A stretch of 63,217 nt of DNA, filler included, from Licmophora abbreviata (Eukaryota): NCBI GenBank assembly GCA_900291995.1. It is 12 parts of 12 records of this genome, joined end to end, with 100 filler letters (N's around TTAATTAATTAA, not from the genome) between each part and the next. Parts side by side here need not be neighbours in the genome. Positions count along the whole stretch, not along the records: positions 40,841 to 50,057 come from OLMU01000351.1; positions 50,158 to 52,272 come from OLMU01000352.1; positions 52,373 to 62,003 come from OLMU01000353.1; 9 more parts are not named here. The stretch is one strand, 5' to 3'. Position numbers and translations under genes: made by a program. The first letter of the stretch is position 1, and each line of letters begins with the position of its first letter. This document shows, piece by piece, positions 46,876 through 59,320 of this stretch. The notes below the pieces were generated by a model, which saw only the letters and a list, made by a program, of their open reading frames with translations, did no database searches and was not told the DNA's origin.

Positions 46876-48063
46876 TCACAGCTTCTCGGTCGCTACGTTT
46901 GATGCTTCGCGGCGGCTTATCATCTTCTTGGGAAGATGATCGAGAAACTCCATCAGGAGAGGGTTCACAAGCTCTGGTGCCTCATCGTGCGGACAATGTC
47001 CCACACCCTCCCACCCCACGACGCGTTCCACCGAATCCTTAGAAATTAGAGCTTCAAGGCGTCCTGCTGGCGTCCAGGGATCAGATTTTCCGTAACACAC
47101 CCATACGGGCTTCTTTATTTCTTCCAGCTGCGGTTCCGGTAGTGGTCCTGCGCTATACGACAGTGAGTCGAATACCACCTTGCTTGCGCCCTCCGTCAGC
47201 AAGGGATCGAGAAGAACGTCTACCAGCGTATCATCTACTGCGCTATCGATAAAGTACGGTTCCTTCAGAATGTTCTTGACAATACTGGGTTTCGCCAGAA
47301 AGTCAAAGAGACCTTGTCCGTTGTCTCTTAGAAGCTGTTGCTGCCTACGAATAATGGGCATGACGAATTTCGACGCCGGCACTTCGGCCGAATGCAATTC
47401 ACGAAAATTTGGTGCAATCGCAAAGACGCCACCAAAAAGATTCGGCTGATCCAGGACTGCTTGAAGGGCCGAGATACAACCGATGGAGTTGGCCACAAGC
47501 GTGATTTGAGGCTGGTCGTTGCACGCACCCTCATCGCCTAGGACCATTTGTCGAGAAAAGTCCGTCAAGAGGTTACTCCAAGTGTAAAAGTTGTAAGGAC
47601 TCTTGAGAGGATGCGTCAAAGCGACATCTCGCACTCGCGTATCGGTTCCACTGGCGGTACCAAGTGTCGCTCCACGCAAGATTTCGTCCTCCTCGGTTTC
47701 AAATCGACCAATCTCGCCATTGACTGCCTGCGCCTCTTCACTGTCTGCGGCCGGTTTGCTGCTATACCCACAGCCCCAAAGATCGATTGCATAGGCCCTA
47801 TAACCCTGGTCACCCAGAAATGTCAGGGTCTTCCTCCAGTGGTCGCTATTGACAAACAAGCCGTGCACCAAGACGACTGGGGGGCCGTCGATTGGACCAC
47901 AGGCCTGATAGCGAATTTGCTGCGTGTCGCGCCATGTGTAGAGCTGATTGGGCAAATTTGTAGCGGGAGATATCTTGGGAGGTAGCGAGGGAGTATAGGA
48001 GAGGGCAGGGGCGCAAAGAAATAGCGCTACAAGCACAGAAACGACGGCCTCCATTGCCACCAT
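46876..48063 (-). CDS. Alpha/beta hydrolase, pheophytinase-like clade, probably plastid-targeted
   Basis: Signal peptide + ALS-YTP; VVLVHGLF, AIDLWGCGYSSKP, nucleophile ANSIG, DPW, GHCPHDEAP. Confidence 0.85.
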   Translation of the reverse strand: MVAMEAVVSVLVALFLCAPALSYTPSLPPKISPATNLPNQLYTWRDTQQIRYQACGPIDGPPVVLVHGLFVNSDHWRKTLTFLGDQGYRAYAIDLWGCGYSSKPAADSEEAQAVNGEIGRFETEEDEILRGATLGTASGTDTRVRDVALTHPLKSPYNFYTWSNLLTDFSRQMVLGDEGACNDQPQITLVANSIGCISALQAVLDQPNLFGGVFAIAPNFRELHSAEVPASKFVMPIIRRQQQLLRDNGQGLFDFLAKPSIVKNILKEPYFIDSAVDDTLVDVLLDPLLTEGASKVVFDSLSYSAGPLPEPQLEEIKKPVWVCYGKSDPWTPAGRLEALISKDSVERVVGWEGVGHCPHDEAPELVNPLLMEFLDHLPKKMISRREASNVATEKL

Positions 48064-48334
48064 GGTCATCACAACGTCGTCGCCGTGTGTTCCAAAAAGT
48101 GAGCAAAATTGCGTTGTTGCGTCGCGTCAGCATCACGTCTCAACACGTCAATGGTGGTGTCGCTGCGACATCTAAAGGTCATGAGCCTCATGGCCAAGCA
48201 CGAAATCCACCACAAAAACACAGACATCATCACATCATTTTAACACTGCATCTGCCGTCGTTCACATCACACATCATCCTTCGTGCTTCTCTGGCACTGT
48301 TTACATCATGACGCTCTTTTCCCAGAAGTATACA

Positions 48335-49141
48335 ATGCGCCTTACTGTATTATGTTTATTTGTTTTTGTGGCAATGGTGTCATCCTGGACGGCAATGCCA
48401 TCGCGGAGACCTTTTCGAATTCTGGATTCGTGGTACGTACCCAAATTCTGAATGCGTTCTTCCTGAGACCGAATCAATCGTTTTATTTGTTGCCTGGTGC
48501 GCAAATGGCTCTTCTTCTTTTGACTAACTGGATTTATCATTTCCATCTCGTCTCTTAGTCTGTCGATGAATCAAAACACGCCGTCGGAACGACACGAGGG
48601 CATGCTGAACTTCATGGAACAAGCCGTTGACAATCTGGTCGGCGATCGAACGGCTGATGGTACAGAATCCTTGTCACTGGACAACGAGGACCCTGAACTC
48701 GTCAGCTTGGTAGAATGCATTGCCAAGGCCGCGGATGGACGCAAAGCAGAAAATATTGTCGTTCTGAGAGTGCGCGAGATCAGCACGTTGACGTCCTACT
48801 TGGTGTTCTTGAGCGGCAACAGCCGTCCGCAGAACCAAGCCATTGCGGCGGCCATCACCGATGACGTCGAAACACAGTTTGAAATGCGCACTCAGGGGAA
48901 TGGTGTTCCGGAAGGGTCTGCCGATTCGGGATGGATGTTGTTGGATTATGGGAGTGTCATGGTTCACATCATGACGCCGCGGTCGAGGCTGTTTTACGAT
49001 CTCGAGGGGCAGTGGATGGAAAAGGGAGGAAAAGAGGAAGACATGTCGCATGTGCTAGTACCGAATAGCGTCGTAGAGGCGGAAGCGACCCTGGGAGGGA
49101 CGATGAATTTGCCGGAAGAGGAAGATCCGTTTTGGTCGTAG
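48335..49141 (+). CDS. rsfS: Plastid Iojap/RsfS ribosome silencing factor; intron 48433-48558
   Basis: Exon 1 signal MRLTVLCLFVFVAMVSS-W; AADGRKAENIVVL, SGWMLLDYGSVMVHIMT...RLFYDLE...W. Confidence 0.9.
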
Positions 49142-49437
49142 TGTTGCTCACCGGCGGAGCTTCGCGCTTCGTCCTTCGTCCTTCGGCATTAGAACGAGTC
49201 AACGTTGACGGTGCTTTCTCTCTGAGACGATCGTCCTAGAATGTAACAGAATGTACGCGTGTTTCTTTGTTGAAATGATTTATGTGTTCTATAGGGCGCA
49301 TAGTTATAGTCTAAGAGGGGCAGAGGATCTGATCGACTGTGCGTAGCATATCTAGCATGCGACCTTTTCGACTCTAGCAAAGTATTCGTCCCATCCAATG
49401 AGACGCTCCTTCGAGTCAAAAAGTCCTTCGATCGTGA

Positions 49438-49828
49438 TCATACGTTTTCACATACAATGACAAGTTTTGAGAGACGTCGAGATTCGAAACGTTTGGAAAG
49501 TCGACGTGGCCCGTAGCGGCGGCAGTGTTCCGAGGGTGCGAATGAGCCATCATGCGCCAAGACGTTACCCCAGTCGTCCTTGATCTGAACGACAGGAGGA
49601 GGCATCGTCATGGTCGCTGGTTGCACAAACCGATGGAATCTCGATCCATTCCACGGGTGGTGGCGCATCAAGCTTGAGGCCGAGCGTTAAGTCATCCCAA
49701 AGTTCTTGTCGCTCGGTGTCCATCAAAAACTCTGGCAAGATCCCACAGAGGGTCCGGACCCACAAAGGCGAAGAGCACGGCTGCTGTTCCATGGTGCAGG
49801 AAGGATAGAAATGCAACAACACGCACAC
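49438..49828 (-). CDS. Possible small hypothetical protein split over two overlapping frames
   Basis: Overlapping ORFs 49565-49828 and 49438-49671 with protein-like composition; no recognised domain. Confidence 0.3.
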
Positions 49829-50487
49829 ACAGGACCGCGATAGTGGTTGCGTGAAGCAGCAAGTGATATTTCAATAAGTGACCGGAGAAGCCATTGCCGT
49901 TGAGGAGTTTGCTCCCGCCACACGCCACGTTTCCACGAGTGAATTCAAATTCAGATCATTGATTTTGCTACAGAGTTGAATATGAGCAATTGACAAAAAT
50001 TTGGGCAATTTCTCCGACATCCGAAATCACGCGCAATGACGGCGCGCACGGTGACGGNNNNNNNNNNNNNNNNNNNNNNNNNNNNNNNNNNNNNNNNNNN
50101 NTTAATTAATTAANNNNNNNNNNNNNNNNNNNNNNNNNNNNNNNNNNNNNNNNNNNNATCAACAAGTGAAAGGTGTCGCGATACAGTGAATTTGTCCGCG
50201 GAAGTTGTGCGTTGCGGTTGTGATGCCGCTGCAGCGTTTGAAGGCTAAGGATCTCACCGCGCGCTCAAGGAAAACTTTTGCGCGTACGATGTGATATTGA
50301 ACATCCGACGACGACGAGACGCGGGACGAAGAGACCTGAGCCACAACAACGACGAAGACAAACGCAGAGAGCCGGACACACAATCCTCCCGAAACAAGCA
50401 TTGGATCCCGCATCGGTTTTCTCTCGTCTTTATCTCTAGTGTTATCCTTGGTTTGTCTTTTCGTTGTCTCCACTATAGAATAGCACC

Positions 50488-51457
50488 ATGTCAAAGCAGA
50501 ATCAACGGAAAACCCCACTCTTGGCCATGTCGGCCGGTTGCGTTGCTGGCGGCATTGAAGCCACGGCTGTGTGGCCAATGGAGTTCATCAAAACACAGCT
50601 GCAGCTACAAAGCAAAGCTAAGGGTGCAAAACTACCATATACGGGTATGATTAGCGGCTTGAGGTATACCGTGGAGACTACCGGATTCTTCTCGCTGTAC
50701 CGAGGCTTGGCACCAACGCTGATTGGGAGCGTACCAAAAGCGGGGATTCGATTTGGATTGAACTCCGTTATTAAGGACGCGCTGAGGGATGAGGAAGGAA
50801 AGCTGACGATTGGCAAGAACTTTCTGGCCGGACTCGGTGCCGGCGTGAGTGAGGCCCTGGCGATTGTTGCCCCCGTGGAGACTGTCAAAACAAAATGTAT
50901 TGAACTGGATATGCCCTTTGTCAAGGGATTTTCGCATATTTGGAAAACAGAAGGAATCGCAGGTGTCTATCAGGGCGCCTTTGCCACGGCCCTGAAGCAA
51001 GGATCGAATCAAGGACTGCGGTTCATGTGGTTTAACGAGTACAAAGCACTCGTCACCAATGACGGGGAAAGACAACTCACTCCGCTCCTGGGACTGTTCG
51101 GTGGTATGTCAGCCGGATGCTTTTCAACCCTCGGAAACAATCCGTTTGACGTCGTAAAGGTATGCACACTGGGCGTGAACTTTGTGCTCTTCTTCGCCCT
51201 GTGCTCCTATCGCTTCGTCGTTCTAACAAATGACTGCATTCTTTCACCGGTAGACTCGCATACAAGGCACAAAGGCGGCGCAGTATTCTGGAACCCTCGA
51301 CTGCTTCAAGCAAATTGTGGCCAAGGAGGGAGTTACGGCCCTGTATGCGGGCGTTGTTCCGAGACTAGGTCGTGTCGTACCGGGACAAGGTATCATTTTT
51401 ATGAGCTTCGAGTGGATCCAGCAAACGCTTGAGAAGAAATTCTCTTTCTTTCACTGA
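50488..51457 (+). CDS. Mitochondrial carrier, citrate/tricarboxylate type (SLC25A1/CTP1-like); intron 51160-51253
   Basis: Three carrier signatures PMEFIKTQ, PVETVKTK, PFDVVK|TR; PKAGIRF, KQGSNQGLRF, PRLGRV. Confidence 0.9.
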
Positions 51458-51668
51458 AACGTGAACTCATAGTACACTTTGTTCACTACTAGTATGATAT
51501 TGCAGTTAGACTTGAGTCGGTTGCGTGCTAGCGATGCGATGTCATCGACCTCCCAGCTCCTCCCGCCGTTTCGTACTGGTATCATACAGACGGCGGTCCA
51601 AGACAGACCAGATGGCTCCTCTCAAATACTCAAATTGGAACTTGGAATCTTTGCGGGACGCGTCATTT

Positions 51669-52964
51669 TTTTTGGAGACGTAATAGTAAGGAGGCGTGTT
51701 GAAACTGTATCTTCTTGTTGAAAGCTTTACATTTGTCCCCGTTGTAAGGGCCTACGCTCCTTCGAGTCTGACTCGCCGTCCCCGCGGGATAAAACTGTCG
51801 GAAGCGAGATTCTACGAAGGGCCTAGAAAGTTGTGGTGCTTGGCTAAAAATGAACTGGTATGACGACTATGTTGGCGCGAAAGTGTCGAAGTATTTCGAT
51901 TCAGAAGACGGCGCCACTTCTGGGTACTATTCTGGGAAAGTGACATCCTGTCGTAAGTTGGAGGATGATGAGCTGCTTTTTGCGATCAAGTATGATGACG
52001 GTGACGAAGAAGAGCTAACCCTGGCCGAGCTTCAACCCATTTTGGTCGAGGGCACCCCTGAGGACGACGAGGAGAAAAAGGATGAAGATACTCCGCCATC
52101 ACCACGTTACAGAAGTCGACTGTCGAAAAGAGCTGATATACAGCTTGAAGATGACGATGACGATGACGCCAAACCCAACCCTGACTTTGGTTTAGTATCC
52201 GGACGTCCGTCTCGTGGTACCAAGAGATCGCAAGCTGCTGGATGCGCTGTCAATATGGTATCCGAGCTAACTNNNNNNNNNNNNNNNNNNNNNNNNNNNN
52301 NNNNNNNNNNNNNNNNTTAATTAATTAANNNNNNNNNNNNNNNNNNNNNNNNNNNNNNNNNNNNNNNNNNNNTTTTTGGAGACGTAATAAGGAGGCGTGT
52401 TGAAACTGTATCTTCTTGTTGAGAGTTTTACAATTGTCCCCGCTGTGAGGGCCTACGCTCCTTCGAGTCTGACTAGCTGTCCCCGCGGGATAAAACTGTC
52501 GGAAGCGAAATTCTACAATGGGCCTAGAAAGTTCTGGTGCTAAGCTAAAAATGGACTGGTATGACGACTATGTTGGCGCGAAAGTATCGAAGTATTTCGA
52601 TTCAGAAGACGGCGCCACTTCTGGGTACTATTCTGGGAAAGTGACATCCATTCGTAAGTTGGAGGATGAGCTGCTTTTTGAGATCAAGTATGATGACGGT
52701 GACGAAGAAGAGCTAATCCTTGCCGAACTTCAACCCATTTTGGTCGAGGGCACCCCTGAGGACGACGAGGAGAAAGAGGATGAAGATACTCCGCCATCAC
52801 CAAGTTATAGAAGTCGACTGTCGAAAAGAGCTGATATACAGCTTGAAGATGACGATGACGCCAAACCCAACCCTGACTTTGGTTTAGTATCCGGGCGTCC
52901 GTGTCGTGGTACCAAGAGATCGCAAGCTGCTGGACGCACTGTCAATAAGGTATCCGAGCAAACT
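51669..52964. repeat. Near-duplicate of the DNMT5 promoter and 5' coding region on both sides of a gap (51669-52272 vs 52373-52964)
   Basis: ORF 51850 (MNWYDDYVGAKV...) aligns with 52551 (MDWYDDYVGAKV...), with substitutions and codon-length indels. Confidence 0.93.
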
Positions 52965-55900
52965 CAAGGCTCAGAAGACGACGAAGAGTCAAATGTTGAC
53001 CCTATGATCTCGAGCCGATCTCGTCGCATGAACTCGTCGGGCGCTCGTCCTTCCCGACGTTCCTCGGCCAAGGTAGTCAACTACAATGAAAGCGACGATG
53101 AAGACTTCACAGACACCGATGAAGAGGAGGCGATCAAGCCCACGAGGAACAAGCGGACTCGCGATAGCGATGCCCAGAAGAAATTGTCCCAGCGAAAAAA
53201 GGCTCGTGGGCAGGTCAAATCCGGGAGAGGCGACGACGACTCCGACTTTGACATGGAAGACGACACCTCGACGGACGACGACGAGATGGAATTGGACGAG
53301 TTCGATGAAGAATCCACAGAAAGTGCCGGCGACTACGACGACGAAGACAAGAAGCCTGCCGCACGCAAATCTCGGTCCAAGAGAAGTGCGGCGAAGAAAG
53401 AACCAGCGGCAAATGCGAAAAATCCTGCCAAGAAGTCAATGGCTGAATCCTTCAAGCCGGCTTCAACACCGCTCTTTCCCAAACTGTCTTTGGATGAAAT
53501 ACAAAAGACTCGTAGCTATTTCGATCCTTGTGGGATGGAAGCCACTGACGACATCATCAGTCGGTTGGTGGGAGAGCAGATTGATAAGATCGGGGAACTC
53601 CTACAGCGAGCCATTGTCAATGACAATTCTGGGATGACGTTTCCACTTCGTCTCGCGACTGCGTGTTCCGGTACTGACGCGCCCGCCCTCGCCCTGACAC
53701 TGGTAAAAGAGCAAATGGAGCAACGCGGGTTGAGTGGTGGCGTAGGCAAGGATTCTAAGGGTGCCGACGACACACCAGAATTTGCATTTGACCACGTCTT
53801 TTCCTGCGAGAACGATCCTTTCAAGCAGGCGTACCTCGCCCGGAACTTTGACTCAATTCTCTACCCTGATATATCCAAGCTGACTGGCGGGGATGCCACC
53901 GAAGACTACACACCTCGCGATGCATATGGGAGGGCACGTCCTCTTCCATCGTCGAACTTATTCGTGGCTGGTACTTCCTGCAAGAACTTCTCCATGTTGC
54001 GTTCGCGGCACCGGCTGGACATCGAGGACAAGGGTTGCTCTGGCGAGACCTTCCTCGCGGCAACGGAGGTTCTATTTCAGGAGCAGCCCAAATTTGCCAT
54101 TTTCGAGAACGTCGAGAAAGCTCCGTGGGGCAAGATGTCCGAGTACATCACAGGCCGTGTGAAGCTTTCGGAGTGTGGAGACGACAAGTTTATCAAAGAA
54201 GCGAAAAGCAACGAAAAGAAGAAAGATTTGATTTTTGTTGCAGAAAAGGGGAAATTGGTTGTACATCACGTACCTCCTGTGTATGGTATTCGGTGCGGGG
54301 CAGTCGTGGCTGGCTATCTGACGCCAAAGTCCGACGAGAAGCTACTTAGAATCGAGGTCCCAGGGAAGGCCACGAACAAAGACAAGACATTTTCTTTGAC
54401 CGAAGTCATGAAATGGAATGGCATCAACAAGTCAATCGACACGCTGGTATTCGAGACTCCATGCGTTTACTGTACCCGTCATGTGAGGGTCGATACTAAG
54501 CTGTATGGTCTTCCACAAACAAGGCAACGTGTGTACATGTTTGTGTGGAAGCCAGAAAACGGAAATGTCAACGACGACCTTGGCGATTACTGGGAAGCCA
54601 TCGTCGAGTTCTTAAGGTCACCTGTGCGAAACTCCCTAGAGTCGTTCATTTTGCAAGATGACCACGAGATAATTCGAGTCTTCCGCGAAGCACTCAACGG
54701 TCCTCTTGGTCGAGCGAGACGTAGGGGGGTATTCTTGCAGCCGGACTTCTGGACATCTACCAGCGCCAATCTCCCCCATAACAAAATTGCTCGGGAAGTA
54801 TCCGGCTTAGACGAAATGGCTAGGTCTCTCACGCAGTGGAATGCCTACGGCGCTAAGCAGATCCCGCCGCACTACTGGAAAGAGTATGTTGACTTGCAGC
54901 CGCAGCGAGAGATGGATGCCCTGGAGATCCTGCATGGTACAGCTGTGCGCGACGCTGAGTGCCACGACTCCAGTTTTAGCTCGTTCTTTTGGAATATCTC
55001 ACAGAATGTGAGCAAGGAGAAACATCGGACTGCTGTACCTGGTATAGCTGGATGCATTACTCCGGGTGGAGACTTCTTCTTGCCGCATATAGGCCGACCT
55101 TTGCTTGGATGCGAGAAGCTGCTTTTGCAAGGAATACCATACTTCCGTTTGGCTCTTGGCAACGAGTCGGAAGTACAGCTCGGAGATTTAGCCGGCAACG
55201 CCATGAGCCTTACAGTCGTCTGTGCCACCATGCTTGCAGCCGTCGCCTGTGAGCAGCTTCGTCGCGAGACAAGATGCAGAGGCGAAGCGATGGCGAGTAT
55301 CTTGGCATCGGCTGGACCGCATGCTGTCCGAGCGGACGATGCCAGTCATCTTGCAGCGGCAACAGCGGGCAGTGGAATTTCCATGCAAGATGCTTTTCCC
55401 GTTTTCAAGACACTGGCTTCCCTCGCCATCGAGGCCGTTGCAACGTCCGTGTGGTGCACTTGTGAAACTAGCGGAAGAAACTCTTTGGCAGCCGACTATC
55501 TGGAGTGCAAGGTCTGTCGAGTTACATGTTGCAGGAACTGTATAAGCTCAACGTCCGGCTATCAGATGGACAGCCATGACACGATCGAAAAACACGTCGG
55601 AGACAACTTCCATGGTCATTTCTATAACAAGCTCCAAGACGCCTGTCCTAATTCGTTTGTTTTCAATGAAGACGGCTTCGCTGCCATTGCTGAGATCGAG
55701 AATGACAAGTACAAATTCGGCCCGCTTGTTAACGCTGTTTTCAAGCTAGATCGTATCAAACGAGACCGGCGGAAGTGGCGAATCATTTATTACGCCAGAT
55801 CAGACGTTGCTTGTGGCATCGGCGACAAGATCGCCGAATTCACCATAACGATCGGCGAGACTAGAAGGCAGACTTCCTCGTCGGGCGAGATAAATCACGG

Positions 55901-58900
55901 AATGATTGGGGAGTTGCGTTCTTTTTTGCCGGCGAGACTGCAGCCTATGCTCCCTGGGATCATTGGACCATGCGCATTCATCCAAGTCTGCCTTGGGAAA
56001 GAACAGGATTCTGAATGGAAATTGAAGATGCGCTCATACGCTTCGCCCTTCAGGATTTCTGGCAGAGGCGTTTCTCCTTCATTCCGAAGTGAGGTCGGGC
56101 TAAACGACGCTGCCCCAAAACATCTGAAGGAAAACTCACGAACGAAAATGAACGCAAAGGCCTTTGAAGCGGCAAAACGTAACAAGGAACAACGCCGCTG
56201 GATCTACCCCGCCAACTGGAAGGACTGGCCCCAAATCATCGAAGTCAATAGCGGAACGTCCGGCTTGGCTCCAGCAGCTACAGAGCTCTGCGGCTCATAT
56301 ACGCGCGCTGGCTGCCGGCAGACGATGAACCAGTCTGCTCTTTGGATTCGAGAGGCGACCTCAGGCAAACCAACCATGTACTTCATGATCAAGCCGAACG
56401 TCCAACGAGTAGGACCAGACGTCGGTGTTATCTCGTCGTCCATGTCGACCACGGACACTGCTTGCATCAAGGCAATTCTACCGCGAGATTGGCAGCCATC
56501 TGATGCCCTGCTCCCTGAATCACACGGCGTCACGGTTGAAGTCATCGAATGGTTGCCTTGTCGCAAAAGTCAGATGCAGTGCTTTGTCGCGTCTTCGAAT
56601 TTGACCGTCACTTCCTCGCCGCCACATGATGCGGAGCTGCTATCAGTCGCTGGTCTCAGCAGCGATGATATGCAAATGCTGCATCGCGAGACCGCAGATA
56701 TCAGTGATGCGAGAGTTGAGCTGAGGATGACAGGAGGTCAGATCCCTCAGCAACGCGTGCGCGTCTTCAACGCGCTCTGCGTTTCCCCGATTCTGCACCA
56801 TGCCGCATCGACCAGCATGTTCAAGGCCTATGACAACTGGACGACACTGAAACCTCCGATCAATGTTCCGTTTGGAACCTGCACGGAGATGGTTCCGCTG
56901 CGACCAGAAGAAACATGGTTCTTCGATGAAGAGCGTGGCGAATGGGATCGTAGGAGTGAAGAGGGGGCCTCAAGAAAGTACTACGATGCACTTGGTCATG
57001 CCCCACAAGCTTTTCAGTTCTTTCTGGACCGAAAGAAGAAAGCAATATCAGTGCAAGTCCATCCCGAGGTGGCCGCGCATCACGCTGCGCACGGGCTCAT
57101 TTGGCGGCGGGGCGGGACAATAATGAACGAAGTGACCTTGCAGTATAGGCTGAGTCAGTCGCTGTTTGAGACAGATCCGATTCTTGATGCATTCAAAGTA
57201 CGAAATTGCGACAAGGAACCCATGACGTCTGTTGAACTCAAGACGCCCTTTGAACTATATGAGCGACAGCAGAAAGCAGTCACGAAAATGATTAAGATCG
57301 AGAACAGAGAAACAGGGTTTGAAGAGCTTGAAATGAGCGAACACGACATGCCTGGCTCAAGCGGATGGAACGTCGTTGCTCGCGCGACTCGATCGACCAA
57401 GCTTGCTGGTGGAGGTAAGTGTGGATACGTCTCGCGTCTTCGGAGTTTGTCTTATTGAGCATGCTATCCGTTGTCAGAACTCGGAACTCATCTTGCCCTA
57501 TCTTGTTACTTCAGTCATCGCCGATGCGATTGGCGCTGGAAAGACTGTCGTCTCGATCGCTGTGATCTTGGCAGGGCTCGTGAAAGCGAGAAAGTCGCGC
57601 AAATCTCCTAACAACAGTTCTGCGTCGCTGGTTGTAGTTCCGCCCGGGCTAATCGATCAGTGGAACAACGAAATCGAAAAGTTCACTTCTGATCTGACGG
57701 TCATACCTATCTACGATTGCAAGCATCTCCAGAAGGTGTCATTGAAACAAATTTTGAACGCAGATGTAGTTATTGTACCAATAGATATCCTCGAGGCGAA
57801 AGGGTACATGGCCAACCTGATGGTAATGTCCGAAGGGAAGCAAGCGAATGGTGATATTCCCGCCCTTCCAGCATTCGTTGGACAGCAGGAGTGCATCGAC
57901 GCCGCAGGTATCTGGATCCCGGCGACCTCCGCCGATCCGTATGGCGGGGCGAAGAATTTCCGCAGTCAACGACGCAGGAATCAATCTGCCTACTTCACTC
58001 GCACGTATCTAGGATGTATTGAGAAACTGAGAGAAAAGAGCCTCAAGGAGACCATCAAGGGCGTGCCCATAGAATATTTTCAATGGGAGCGTGTCATTGT
58101 TGACGAGATTCACGAAAGTCTATGCACCCGAAGGAGCGAAGTGGAAGGAGAAATGGCCAAGTACTTCAAGGAGCGAAACCGGAGGGCGGGACGAGAGCTG
58201 CTTGGAATTACAGAACGCAATAATTCCAAACGTCCTCTTATCTTTCGAAAGTCAATTTTTGGTTTGTCTGGTACCCCTTTACTGGACTCGACTAACCGTG
58301 TGATCGAGCTCGCGAGCTTGATGGGGAACGCGTACATCATTGGTCTTTCGAACCATTGGCGACGGCTTGAGCGAGAGTCAGCCCGTGACATTTTCCTAGA
58401 GAACTTCCTGGCGACCAAGCAAAGCCGCGAGATTCGGAAGAACATTTACTCTAAATGCCAAGTAAGTCTGTCGATGTGCTTGACACTTTGCTGGATGGAT
58501 ATCCAATGCTTACAGTTATGACAAATCTGCCTTTCAGGAGTATTTGGATACGGCCGCCATGAGGAACAAGTCTGGTGACGAGATGAACGGCATATCTCTT
58601 GTCGAACGTCACAAGGTGTTTTCACTGTCCAAAAATGAAGGCGAACTGTACAAGAACAGCCAGAGCGGGATCGATAAGAACCTTCGGAACTTCTCGATCA
58701 CTCCTGAAGAGTTCGACCCTTCTTCCGGCCACGATATCAGCAAGTTTCTGAAACAAAATGCCGCATTCGAGAGCCGTGGAAAAGCACTAGTCGCGATTTG
58801 TACGGATATATTGAGTAAGAACAAGAACACCAAGATCATTGTATTCGCCGATGGTCGCATCGGTGCCGGCAAGGCTGCGGTCACGGCGCTCAATGCCAAA

Positions 58901-59320
58901 GAAGGGCCAGGATGTACCTGGATCGACACAGCAGAAGACTCGGTCGAGCAGCAAAATCGCAAGATCGGCTACTATCAGCGAGCCGACTCGACCAAGGAGG
59001 ACAGGGAGCGTCCTCGCGTGCTGGTGCTTCACTTTGAACATGCCGCGGGCTTGAACTTGCAATCTGAATGTAACAATATCGTCTTATTCACGCCTTTGTA
59101 CGTTGGAGAAGGTGGAACGACCAGCGATCCAGTGGCTGACACGAGTACAGAACTGCAGGCCGTCGGACGTGTATTTCGTCCAGGTCAGTTGAAACCACTC
59201 GTCTATTTGTACCGGATTGAGGCGCGGGGACCAGATGACGAAGAGCTTCTAGACGGGCAGCTTATCCGAAGGAATAAGGACGAAGAAAATGTGAGTATGG
59301 CTATCAACAGTGGAGACTAG
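52551..59320 (+). CDS. DNMT5: DNMT5-family C5-cytosine DNA methyltransferase fused to SNF2 ATPase, with N-terminal Tudor-like domain; introns 57415-57514 and 58462-58537
   Basis: Motif I ATACSGTDAP, FSCENDPFKQAY, catalytic AGTSC, ENV, YGLPQTRQRVY, GCITPGG, DLAGNAM; SNF2 ADAIGAGKT, DEIH, LSGTP, AAGLNLQ, QAVGRVFRPGQ; Tudor-like YVGAKVSKYF...IKYDDGDEEEL. ATG 52518 is absent from the duplicate copy, so 52551 is preferred. Confidence 0.92.

Noticed and set aside
52551..59320. MTase-helicase fusion as a bacterial restriction-modification or defence system acquired by HGT
   Set aside because: Spliceosomal introns, Tudor domain and DNMT5-specific motifs show a native eukaryotic DNMT5; no nuclease partner.
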